Shown: positions 10,133 to 19,285 of the stretch, piece by piece | How the letters are laid out: each line of letters begins with the position of its first letter | Numbering within the stretch: position 1 is the stretch's first letter | Assembly: GCA_009859145.1 (NCBI GenBank) | Contig: VRVR01000001.1 | Span: forward strand, 202,463-266,462 | Reading direction: 5' to 3' | DNA from: Andalucia godoyi And28 | Lineage: Eukaryota; Protista; Jakobida | DNA length: 64,000 nt | Notes under the pieces: generated by a model | What the model was told of the DNA's origin: nothing | Databases searched by the model: none | Seen by the model: only the letters and a program-made list of their open reading frames with translations | Position numbers and translations under genes: made by a program

Positions 10133-12973
10133 ATGTCGGTCGCAGAGGCTTCGGATTGGGAAACGCTGCGGCTTGAGGGAAACAAGTTGTTTCAGGAGCT
10201 GAAGTTCCATGAGGCGCTTGCAAAGTACGGAGCCGCCATTGCAGCGAACCCGCAGTCTGCAACTCCAGTGTGTCTCGGCAACATGGCAGCATGCTTTCTG
10301 GAGCTTGGTGAATACGCTACTTGTGTGACGACCTGTGATCAGGCAATCGCATTTCCAGTTTCTGGAAAGAAATCGGATCCGTTGACGCTGCAGAAGATCA
10401 AGGATCGTCGAGACCGTGCTTCCAAATTTGCGAGCGTTGAACATAATTGTCGTTCATTTTCAGGCCCCGAAAATCCAATTCCGCTCATAAGAAGTAACAT
10501 CCGAGCGCAGTTTGAATTCCTTCCACACTCGGAATCTCCTGCAACGAACTTTTACAAGTACGTGCAGTCTCCAGACGCTACTGTGCGTATCCTTCTGGGC
10601 GGGTCTGCTGACTTGCGACACGCGTTGCATTGCGGCAAGGCGTTTCATGAGTCCGATAACAAGAACAAGACCTTGGAAGTGCATGTCAACGATCTTCATC
10701 CCAACGCAATGGCACGACAAGTGTTTCTTGCGACGTACATGGTTCGCTCGTGCGATGCATTGATGCACGATTCGAGTTTATCAGAAGATGACTTGCTTAC
10801 TTTATGCAAAATGTCAAACTGCTTTTCCATTGAGCAGCTCCGCGAGCATCCTCTGCTGCTCAAGTACACCGATTGGGCATACAGGATGGACAACATGTAT
10901 TACTTTTGGATGTTGTTCAATCTGTATCCGCATGTGTGGAACACCTTTGAGAAGCATATTCATCATCTCTTGTCGTTTAGGAATGCACAAGAAATCGCCA
11001 AGGCTTTCCCTGGAATTGAAATGGATTCGTACACGTGGATTGAGTGCTGGAAGCTGTGGAATGTTTGGTATCGCTTCCGACTTCCGTGCACGCAAGCACT
11101 GAAACGTGTTGGCGGAATCTTCCGAACGGAAGCCAGGCAGTCGCGACTGGTACCAAATGGAGATCGGCTGCGCCTCCTCAGGGAGTTTTCTCCGCGAAAT
11201 GTGTACGAGTTTTTCTTGGATACGTGCATGGTGTCTCCGCAGTATTCTTTCATTCTTGCTGACGAGATCTACTCGACCACCTCCGTACGGGAAGATTACA
11301 ACCAAAAGGACCGGGAAATGAAAGGATGGTGGGTGAATCCGACATTGGTGGATCTCTCCGTGCATCTTCCCCAGGCCGTGACGTGCTCTGTATCGGGAGA
11401 AGAGTTTATCACTGCGTACATCGGCGAATCTTGCGTGCGAATTGGGTTGTGTGACTTTGATCGTATGCTAAAGGGCCAAGCGATGAAAATATCGAATGCA
11501 ATGTCCACTGGAACGATCAGTGCGCATCTCGGATCTACTCTGCTGTTCTTGAAGGCTGCATCGGAGTTCACCTCCCCTGAGCAGTCCTGCAAAGGCTCGA
11601 AATTGTCCAGCGTACCGTTGCCACATTTCACGGGAGTTCCCGTTCCGGGTGGTTTGTATGGACATTATGCGAATGGGCCGTTGCATCAAGGCGGCATCGT
11701 AGAAATGGAAACCACTGTGCTGGCCTGCACTACCATTCAAGCCTGCTACGTGATGCACAAAAAGCGGTTTCGATTAGTGTTTAAACTCGGTGGGCTGTCG
11801 TCGTACGTCGCTGAGATGAAGAGAAATACGGGACATAAGGAAGCTTTCCATGTGATTCATTGCAACAATGTACCCGACTATGGACATTTGCTTGAGACCT
11901 TGGTCTCGTGTTCTCCGTTGTCGAAAGAGACTATCATCACAGATATCGAATTGTTTCCAAACGTCTTTTACGATGTCTCTTTCATGGGTCAGGGCCACAA
12001 ACCCACGATCAAGAAAGCAAACAAGAAACTTCTTTGGCACTTCTTCCGCTGCCGAAAGTTCGCAGAGCTTTCTGAACTCATTGGCATTACGCTCACCGCA
12101 GAGGCACTGCATCGGGCAAAGAAAAATTCTTTCGTTTTTGAAACAATGCACTGGAATGTTGTTCCCGATACTGCGCCGCGGGCAGATCGATCTAGATTCA
12201 TGGAATGGGTCGTAGATATGCTCTTTGAGTGCTTGCTCCCGAGCTCTCGATTTGACTATCCTGGTGGCAATTCTGACACTGCAAAGGGATTTCGAGTCCC
12301 TGGGTGTGGGCTAGGCGCACCGTTCTTTGCGCGATTGGTTTTGCACGTTTTGAGCCGGAAGCGATGTTTGCCGCATGTTCTCGGGAACTTCCTGTCGGAT
12401 CTTCTTGAAAAGGGTGTTGTGCGCTCTGCGTTCTTGTCGTCAATCGGGATGGAGTCGCAGCCGTACTGCACTCCATCTGCATTCAGGCGCATTCCGTGGA
12501 CTGATTTATCAATGTGTTTGTTGGACCTCCGTATTGCTTTTTCGCAGTACGCTCCCATTCTGGACATGCTGTCCACCCCTGCGGCTCGCTCGTGCTTTGC
12601 AGCCTCTTCCATCAGAAAGTACGTCTGTTCATTGGAAAGTGCGATGCCTGCTATCTGCTCCGATATGGTGTTCAACATTGAGATCCCTGTAATGGGCGGC
12701 GTGATCTGCACGTCGGGAAAGAAAGAAGCCGAGGAGTACACCAAAACAGTTGTTTGCAGATCGCAGTTGCTGGACAAACTGGTCAAGAGTGAGGGACGAG
12801 ATCATTTGATCTCCAATTCCATTCATAAGAATGGCACGGATTCGTACTCCCTGTGGCTGCCAGAGGGCGTCTACAAGGATCTGTGTGCAAAAGGTGCACT
12901 GCTCATTCTCTTCCGTCTGGATGCGTGGCTCCCGATCTCATTCCCTGTTCCTCTCTCTGGCTTCACGTATTGA
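10133..12973 (+). CDS. TPR-repeat protein with DUF4470-like domain (946 aa)
   Basis: N-terminal TPRs (LRLEGNKLFQELKFHEALAKY...GNMAACFLELGEY). ILLGGSADLRHAL and VHVNDLHPNAMARQVF resemble the DUF4470 LLGxGDLRN motif. Confidence 0.7.
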   Translation: MSVAEASDWETLRLEGNKLFQELKFHEALAKYGAAIAANPQSATPVCLGNMAACFLELGEYATCVTTCDQAIAFPVSGKKSDPLTLQKIKDRRDRASKFASVEHNCRSFSGPENPIPLIRSNIRAQFEFLPHSESPATNFYKYVQSPDATVRILLGGSADLRHALHCGKAFHESDNKNKTLEVHVNDLHPNAMARQVFLATYMVRSCDALMHDSSLSEDDLLTLCKMSNCFSIEQLREHPLLLKYTDWAYRMDNMYYFWMLFNLYPHVWNTFEKHIHHLLSFRNAQEIAKAFPGIEMDSYTWIECWKLWNVWYRFRLPCTQALKRVGGIFRTEARQSRLVPNGDRLRLLREFSPRNVYEFFLDTCMVSPQYSFILADEIYSTTSVREDYNQKDREMKGWWVNPTLVDLSVHLPQAVTCSVSGEEFITAYIGESCVRIGLCDFDRMLKGQAMKISNAMSTGTISAHLGSTLLFLKAASEFTSPEQSCKGSKLSSVPLPHFTGVPVPGGLYGHYANGPLHQGGIVEMETTVLACTTIQACYVMHKKRFRLVFKLGGLSSYVAEMKRNTGHKEAFHVIHCNNVPDYGHLLETLVSCSPLSKETIITDIELFPNVFYDVSFMGQGHKPTIKKANKKLLWHFFRCRKFAELSELIGITLTAEALHRAKKNSFVFETMHWNVVPDTAPRADRSRFMEWVVDMLFECLLPSSRFDYPGGNSDTAKGFRVPGCGLGAPFFARLVLHVLSRKRCLPHVLGNFLSDLLEKGVVRSAFLSSIGMESQPYCTPSAFRRIPWTDLSMCLLDLRIAFSQYAPILDMLSTPAARSCFAASSIRKYVCSLESAMPAICSDMVFNIEIPVMGGVICTSGKKEAEEYTKTVVCRSQLLDKLVKSEGRDHLISNSIHKNGTDSYSLWLPEGVYKDLCAKGALLILFRLDAWLPISFPVPLSGFTY

Positions 12974-13189
12974 CCACCCTCCTTCCCATTATTATTATTA
13001 TTATTATTGGTTGGTTTTTTTTCTTTTCTTTTCTTTTTTTTTTTTCTTCTGTTTTTTTCTTTCTTTCTGGTGTTTTCTCTGTTTAGAATTGTCAAAAACC
13101 CCGTCTCGGGTTCTCATACTGCTTTTCACAGCAATACCGTAAAACAAAATACAGAATGAAGAACGCTATGAAACGTAAAATGGGGTGTC

Positions 13190-13605
13190 CTAGCACTGGC
13201 AGGGGAGAGTCGGCGGGGGGGAAACGCCTTGTTTCCACCGAAGTGACGGGTGAATCATGCCGCCACACAGGATGTGATCGGACCCTTCCGGGCTCGAAAG
13301 ATGCCAGCTCAAAATTGCGTGCACAGGGTCTTTCTTTTACTTAGTATACATGGTTCGATTGATATATGCCTTGGTCAGGTCGCGGATTGCGCCGTTGCAG
13401 ACATCGTTTTGGCGTCTCGACAGGCCATGGATCATTTCTTCATGGTCTCCGAATCACTGCGGAGTAGCAGGGCGCGCAGAATCTTTAGATTCAACGGCAC
13501 GCGTTTTTCGGGGACGGCCACGAGACGGGCGCTGTTCAACCACCGGGCTGCCCTCAGCCGTTTGCATGAAATGACTTTCTGATTCGCCGTAGTATGCATC
13601 TTCAT
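13190..13605 (-). pseudogene. Deleted and frameshifted TnpB/Fanzor2 remnant
   Basis: MKMHTTANQKVISCKRLRAARWLN resembles the TnpB N-terminus (PTxxQK...RWxYN) and overlaps the tnpA 3' end. Near 13230-13265 it reads CGGMIH..GGNKAF (zinc-finger entry), with nucleotides matching copies A and C. Confidence 0.7.
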
Positions 13606-14188
13606 CCTCACTGCGGGTTCTTTTGCGGCGGGTGTCCGCGGCGCGCTGGCCGTTGCGCCGGGAGACGAAATAGGTTGTGATGGCAACAAGATCGTCGGCG
13701 AGCTCAGCGGTCCCGGTGAGAGGTGCATCCGTGCCGAGAACCACGAGTTTTGCGCCAAACTGCGCCAAGAGCCATTCGATGAGCTCGATGCCGAACCGGC
13801 AGAGCCTGTCGCGGTGGGCCACCACGAGTGTGCTGATCTCTCTGCGGCACACTCGTTCGAGAACAGCCGTAAAACCGCGCCGGTGGAAGTTGAGACCAGA
13901 CGCGGTGTCACTGACGAGCTCGGCGTCCGGGTAGGCAGCACGGAGGTCGGCAATCTGGCGTTGGAGGTCCGCTTCTTGGTGGGCCGACGAGACTCTTGCG
14001 TAGAGCACGACTCGTTTCTCTTTCTCGACCTCGACAGGTTGCCCGATGACCTTTTCGATGTCCTCGATATTGTACATGTTGTGCGATCCGGTGCGGACGC
14101 TTCTGATCCGCCCTGAGGCGGCCCACCGTCGCAGGGTTGATGCGGAAATGTCGTACGTTTTCCGTAGAGTACCAGGCGTCACGTACAT
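13454..14188 (-). CDS. tnpA: IS607-family TnpA serine recombinase (N-terminal HTH plus catalytic domain), 244 aa
   Basis: HTH STLRRWAASGRI; catalytic VLYARVSSAHQEADLQRQ, DTASGLNFHRRGF, VVAHRDRLCRFG, ELADDLVAITTYF. No internal stop. Confidence 0.93.
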   Translation of the reverse strand: MYVTPGTLRKTYDISASTLRRWAASGRIRSVRTGSHNMYNIEDIEKVIGQPVEVEKEKRVVLYARVSSAHQEADLQRQIADLRAAYPDAELVSDTASGLNFHRRGFTAVLERVCRREISTLVVAHRDRLCRFGIELIEWLLAQFGAKLVVLGTDAPLTGTAELADDLVAITTYFVSRRNGQRAADTRRKRTRSEDEDAYYGESESHFMQTAEGSPVVEQRPSRGRPRKTRAVESKDSARPATPQ

Positions 14189-14499
14189 TGCTCGGGGATT
14201 CTATGAGGCAAGACAAAATGAAAAAAATAAATAAAATTATAATACTACAATGCAACAAATGCGTCACGGACAAGCACGTAAACACAGGTGATATTTGTTG
14301 CTTAGCAAAAACCCACCAGAAAATATCAGTTTCACTTTGCCATTCTGAAGAACAGTGACGCGTCTGTTTTATCAGCACTTGTCATGCCGGGTCATTTCGG
14401 GTCATTCCAATTGAAAAATCATGCAGGTTTTGTCACTGTTATTGTTGTTATTATTATTATATTATTATTTGAGAATACGTGTTCTACGTAGTGAACTTC

Positions 14500-14830
14500 A
14501 TGTGTTTTGTTTTTCAAATGTTCTCCTGATAATACTCATTGCGCTCTGTTGAGTCACGCAGAATAAGAGGCCGGTATCAATGCGTGTTGCATGCGTGGCA
14601 GAACATCGCTCCCGTGCTGTCCAAGCGTGCGTTTTCAGGTTACAGGGCTGTTCCCGTTTCGGAAGAGCATGTTTGAAGTAGAGTTTGCGGGAGGTAGAGC
14701 GGATACTCATGACCATGACGATAACGACGGCGATGCAGCAGGCAGGGGATGGATGCTGTCGTCGTCTATCCAATAAGCAGCCCGACGATTTGCCCAAAAC
14801 GATCACTTGCCATTCTCCAGATAAGCAATT
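14500..14830 (-). pseudogene. Possible degenerate transposase zinc-finger fragment
   Basis: Across frameshifts reads STGAMFCHACNT(H/R)IDTGL, resembling hAT/CGGBP1-type GxLFCxxCNxxID fingers. No intact ORF. Confidence 0.25.
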
Positions 14831-14989
14831 TGAGATGTAATTCTTATTCTTATTCTCCGTCCGAAACTATATTCATCCAATCTCGTTATTATTTTTTATT
14901 TAAGATTATGAAAACAAGAAGACACTAAAAGAAAAGAAAGATTAAAAAGCGAAAAGACTAGGAAAACCGGTAAAAACACCCTGCTAATT

Positions 14990-15040
14990 CTCGTCGGAGG
15001 TCGACGGCTGTCAACTCACCATACTATCCGATGAAATCAT
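14990..15040 (+). repeat. Dispersed ~50-bp repeat (second copy 56252-56306), probably a hAT DDE-motif coding remnant
   Basis: tcgtcggaggtcgacggctgtca[a/g]ctca..catactatccgatgaaatca is near-identical at both sites and translates as EVDGCQLTILSDEI. Confidence 0.8.
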
Positions 15041-15409
15041 GGCGTGCGAGCACAAGGAGACACTCTCCCACATCAATCAAGAAGGTCCATAAATTCGAGT
15101 TTGAAAGGATTTCTTGTGTTTTTCTTTCCTCCTCATTTAGGCTTTTTTCGACATTCGATATATGGCAATTCGTTTCCTGCTCATTACTGTCTCTTGTCTT
15201 TTCCCTGAAAGACCAGTTCTTGACGGCTACTTGACTCCCGGTTTTCAATATTTTCAATCCCCATTCCTCTTTTTTTTTCTCTTTTTTTCTTTCTCTCTTT
15301 CTTCTTCTTTTGTTTTGTTCTTCCGTTTCGATTCGTCCCCGGTGTGGCTGTTTGCTGTTTTGCACTCGTTGGTGTTTGTCCTTGTTTCTCTAGACTGTTG
15401 GAGTGCACA

Positions 15410-18400
15410 ATGTCTGGAACAGGCGGCAGTCTGCTGGACGCCATTCCTGTACCGCTGCTTCTTCGGATATTTTCCTTCTTGCCTCCTCTGGAAAACCTCC
15501 ACCGACTTCCTCAGGTGTGTCTCACTTGGTACTATCTTGTGTCGTCTGATAGTTGTGACTTTTGGTGGAGAAAAGCGTACTTCGACAAATGGACGCCGCT
15601 GCAGCAGGATGGCTCAAGACTGAGCGCTGACCGACTAGCGTATCTGGACTGGAGATCGTCTGCGCAAGATGCCCGACCGGCGCTGGAACAACATCTGAAT
15701 GACCCTGGTGATCATTCCGAAAAAGATGACGATGATGTCGATATGATCCATTCGAGAAGGATCGAGAACGGGTTCAGGCATCCGAACTTTTCTCAAGACA
15801 TGCTTTTCCGGTATTTATTTGGACAACGATCATGGACTGAGTTCCGAATCGCCAGTCACATGTGCACAACGATCTCACACACCATGGCGTTCGAGAGCAA
15901 GCCGTGGAGATGCACTTTTGCTGGAGAATCAGCGTTAGTGTACTTGAGATCTTCGGCAACATTGGTGTCGTGGAATTACAAGACTATGCAGATTAACTGG
16001 AGACAGCGAGATATTGCCCACGAGTTCCGAGCCACTGGAAACTATATTGTCGAGAGGAAGAACCAGTTCTTCATTGTTCGGGCTTTGGATACGGGAGTGA
16101 AACTGCTCACGTTCGAAGGGCCGATCTTTCTTTCGTCGTTTGTCTTTGACGGAAGAAGGCTCTTTTGCTGGCAATCGCAAGGATTGATTATGTGCGTGGA
16201 CGTAATTGCATTGGTTGATCATTTCCGAAATATCCAGGAGCTGAAGAACAGCGCCAGAATCCCCGGATCTCGCGGCGCACCCGTGGTTGGATCGCAGGCG
16301 TCATTATCGTCGTATCACAGAAGCCAGTTAGATGCTGACACTCCGGTGAACGGCTCTCTGTTTCCACCATTGTTTGGGTCGCTTGCAGATACTGTTTTTC
16401 GAACAAATTTGCAGTTGGCTGCGCAGCTCCAACAGCAGATGCCTCCGCAACAAATTGCAATGGCCCAGCACCCGGCAAACCTCAATGAATCCCTCGCATC
16501 CACTGAGCGGGAGTTTTTTGCCTCAGCAGGTATTTCTGCTGGTGCGAGCGCACAACAACCGGTGCTCCCGGTGCAAGAAGATAGCTCTTCAAATGTCATT
16601 TACGTCATTGTGGCCACCGAGACCACCATCCCGGCCATCCATTCAGAGGGAGACTACTTTGTCGTTTCTCAGGGAACCCGCGTTTGCCTGTATCGGTGGG
16701 GCTTTAGAGCTCCAGTCAAGACATTTCTTGCGCACGATGAAACTTCCATTCTCGTTTGCGCGCGCTTCGACGAAAACTTTGTTGTTGCTGGCTGTTACCA
16801 TGGGGTTGTTTACGTTTGGAATCGCCAGACTGGCGACTTGCTGCGCCGTTTCAGGGCACATAATACCGCAGTTCGAGGGGTGTTTGTTTGCGGTCGGCTG
16901 ATCGTGACAATCTCCACCGGAGAGAGGATCAGAATACACGACATTGATGCGTTCCGAACCATTACTACCTTTGAGTCCATTCCGGCACCTGTTCGGAACA
17001 TTGAATTTGTACTGGATGAGACATGGGATCCTCAGTTCCTCCTCGGGAAACGCAGCGGTGAGTTTCGGTTGGTGGCGTCGTTTGTGGATGGGTACACTGC
17101 CGGCATGAGAACCTGGGACTTTTCTGAATCTGCATGTTTGTCGGAGTCTTCAGTTGTTGTGCTTAACGGTTCGGAGAACACTGCAGAAGAGAAACAGATG
17201 AGGATGTCGCGCCTTCTGCTGTTCATGCGGAAATTCGAACAAAAGTGGCTGTCCACTCATCGTGCGTCGGGAAAGTCGAACGCGTCGGCTGGTGCCGTCG
17301 CTGCCGCATCCTCATCGGACTTGGCTGCAGGAACTTTTGCACCTCCAGCAGTCATCGCAGAAAACACAGTCCCTGCCGTTCTTATGGACACCACGTTAAT
17401 TCCTGTGACAGATGACCGAGATCAGGAGAGCGGCGATGTCGCGGATTTCCTTGGAAACGATTCGGACGAAGACGCCAATCATCACCTTAGCAATCCGGAT
17501 CTCCAGGGAGACAATGATGACGATGAAGATGACGATGGAAACGCCGGTCGTCGTCGACGACGACATGTCCCTGCCTTTGGACATGGAACTGGTGCTGCTC
17601 AACAAGGGGATCATCCGATGATGATGGAAATCGCGAACAACATTAACGGACAGGCCACATTTGCGCCTATTGCTGCTGCTGTTACTGCTGCTCCCCCTCC
17701 TCTTGCCAATTCTCGTCCAGCTGTCATTGGGATGCCTCCTCCGTTCGGTGGGCATCCGTTTCCGGCGATGGTGGCGGGACAGCCCTCCATGATGTTTCCA
17801 AATCCCGCAATGATGACTGGTTTGATTCCAAACTCGCAGGGAGGAATTGCTGCAACAGGCATGGGATTCTTCGTGAATGGAATGCGTCCACCCTTGTTTG
17901 TTGGTGCGCCGGGAGCATTGTTTGTTGGTCAAATGCCGGTGCAGCCGCAGGCAAATGGAATTCCCGTAGCTCCTCCCGGTGCAGCTCCAAACGCTCCAAT
18001 CGCTGGAGATCGCCCTCATGTCTCCATCGTGCGTCAGCAGCAACCGTGGATGACGCTCCATGTTTCCGATGTAACCATTCTGCGCAACGACCGAATTCAA
18101 ATCCACATGCTGTTCTGGGATCCTGCGACTTCCGCGCAATGTGAGCTTCCTCCGAACCGCATGGCACAGGATATCGTTCGGTATCTCAACTGCCGTTCGT
18201 TTAGCCCCAGTTCTGCGATTTCGGGTATTGCGCTGCTGTATGCCGAAGAACGTACGCCATCGGATCCGGTGTTCCGACTCACAGCCCTCACCCATGAGAA
18301 ATTGAGCCTCTACTTCCCGTTCATGGATGCGGCATATTTTGCCTTCCTGTCCGAAACCGCGACAACGTACACTCCGTTTATGCACAAACGACTTGCGATC

Positions 18401-18742
18401 CATGACGCGGCCCTTGCTGGGGATTTGGCAATGATTCAGTTCTTGATTCAGAATGGCGCGGATGCATGTGCGATAGAATCTGTCTGTGGATGGACTCCAG
18501 CCCATATTTTAGCGTGCATGCCCTCTGTCGATTCTGCGTTTCTGTTGTCAGCTCTGCGAAGCGCAGGAGCGCAAATGACAATTCGCGATTTCTTGGGGAA
18601 CACGGTAGCACACTGCGCGTATTTGGCTGGCAACAAAAGGTTCATCAAGCACTTTGAAGAATCCGAGCGCGGTGTTTTGAGAATCATGAACTTCGAGTCC
18701 CAAACGCCAAAAGACGTGATCAGCGCGTTCCAAGCTTCTTGA
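15410..18742 (+). CDS. F-box / WD40-like / ankyrin-repeat protein
   Basis: ATG at 15410. F-box IPVPLLLRIFSFLPPLENLHRLPQVCLTWY; WD-like repeats (VVAGCYHGVVYVWN, FRAHNTAVRGV, IRIHD, MRTWDF); C-terminal ankyrin repeats (LAIHDAALAGDLAMIQFLIQNGAD, GWTPAH, GNTVAHCA). Confidence 0.8.
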   Translation: MSGTGGSLLDAIPVPLLLRIFSFLPPLENLHRLPQVCLTWYYLVSSDSCDFWWRKAYFDKWTPLQQDGSRLSADRLAYLDWRSSAQDARPALEQHLNDPGDHSEKDDDDVDMIHSRRIENGFRHPNFSQDMLFRYLFGQRSWTEFRIASHMCTTISHTMAFESKPWRCTFAGESALVYLRSSATLVSWNYKTMQINWRQRDIAHEFRATGNYIVERKNQFFIVRALDTGVKLLTFEGPIFLSSFVFDGRRLFCWQSQGLIMCVDVIALVDHFRNIQELKNSARIPGSRGAPVVGSQASLSSYHRSQLDADTPVNGSLFPPLFGSLADTVFRTNLQLAAQLQQQMPPQQIAMAQHPANLNESLASTEREFFASAGISAGASAQQPVLPVQEDSSSNVIYVIVATETTIPAIHSEGDYFVVSQGTRVCLYRWGFRAPVKTFLAHDETSILVCARFDENFVVAGCYHGVVYVWNRQTGDLLRRFRAHNTAVRGVFVCGRLIVTISTGERIRIHDIDAFRTITTFESIPAPVRNIEFVLDETWDPQFLLGKRSGEFRLVASFVDGYTAGMRTWDFSESACLSESSVVVLNGSENTAEEKQMRMSRLLLFMRKFEQKWLSTHRASGKSNASAGAVAAASSSDLAAGTFAPPAVIAENTVPAVLMDTTLIPVTDDRDQESGDVADFLGNDSDEDANHHLSNPDLQGDNDDDEDDDGNAGRRRRRHVPAFGHGTGAAQQGDHPMMMEIANNINGQATFAPIAAAVTAAPPPLANSRPAVIGMPPPFGGHPFPAMVAGQPSMMFPNPAMMTGLIPNSQGGIAATGMGFFVNGMRPPLFVGAPGALFVGQMPVQPQANGIPVAPPGAAPNAPIAGDRPHVSIVRQQQPWMTLHVSDVTILRNDRIQIHMLFWDPATSAQCELPPNRMAQDIVRYLNCRSFSPSSAISGIALLYAEERTPSDPVFRLTALTHEKLSLYFPFMDAAYFAFLSETATTYTPFMHKRLAIHDAALAGDLAMIQFLIQNGADACAIESVCGWTPAHILACMPSVDSAFLLSALRSAGAQMTIRDFLGNTVAHCAYLAGNKRFIKHFEESERGVLRIMNFESQTPKDVISAFQAS

Positions 18743-18799
18743 GAACCCTGTACGTTATTTCCGAGTCTTTTCAATTGGAGTCTCTGGTTTTCTTCCGTT

Positions 18800-18842
18800 A
18801 TTATTATTATTTTATTTTATTTTATTTTATTTTATTTTATTT
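18800..18842. repeat. (TTA)n/(TTTTA)n intergenic microsatellite
   Basis: ttattattatttttattttattttattttattttatttt between convergent genes. Confidence 0.9.
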
Positions 18843-19285
18843 GTTCGTGTAGAACGTTTGTAGTAATTATTCTCTTCTCTCGCTTTCGACTTATTCTATG
18901 GCCACCAAGGATGCATTCTCTTTGGGTCGGATTTGTGTTTCCGTCGACGCGTTTTTTCTTGCCCTTTTCCCAATCCTCGAAACCTAGAATCATGAACGCC
19001 TTCTTCGGAAGGAAGCCTCCGCGCGCCATTTGCATTGTTTATGTTTTACTTCTTCGCCCAACACCAACCTTGTGGCTTTCTTTTTTCATCTCCTTATTTC
19101 CCCTTCTTTCATTCATTTATTAATTTATTTATTTATTACTAAACAATCGAGGACGGAGAAAAAAGAAACAAAATTAACCAAACGAGACAGACACATGAGG
19201 GATACACAGCCCACAAATTCACAAAGTCCAAGTGGAAGGACGGGTTGACCATCCAACGCTACGGAACGACAGCAAACACGTCAAA

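Larger units (their letters stand above)
13190..14350 (-). mobile_element. IS607-type TnpA/Fanzor2 element, copy B (intact TnpA, decayed TnpB/Fanzor2)
   Basis: Intact TnpA ORF followed by TnpB-like fragments. The left end 14240-14350 is conserved with 53075-53145. Confidence 0.88.
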
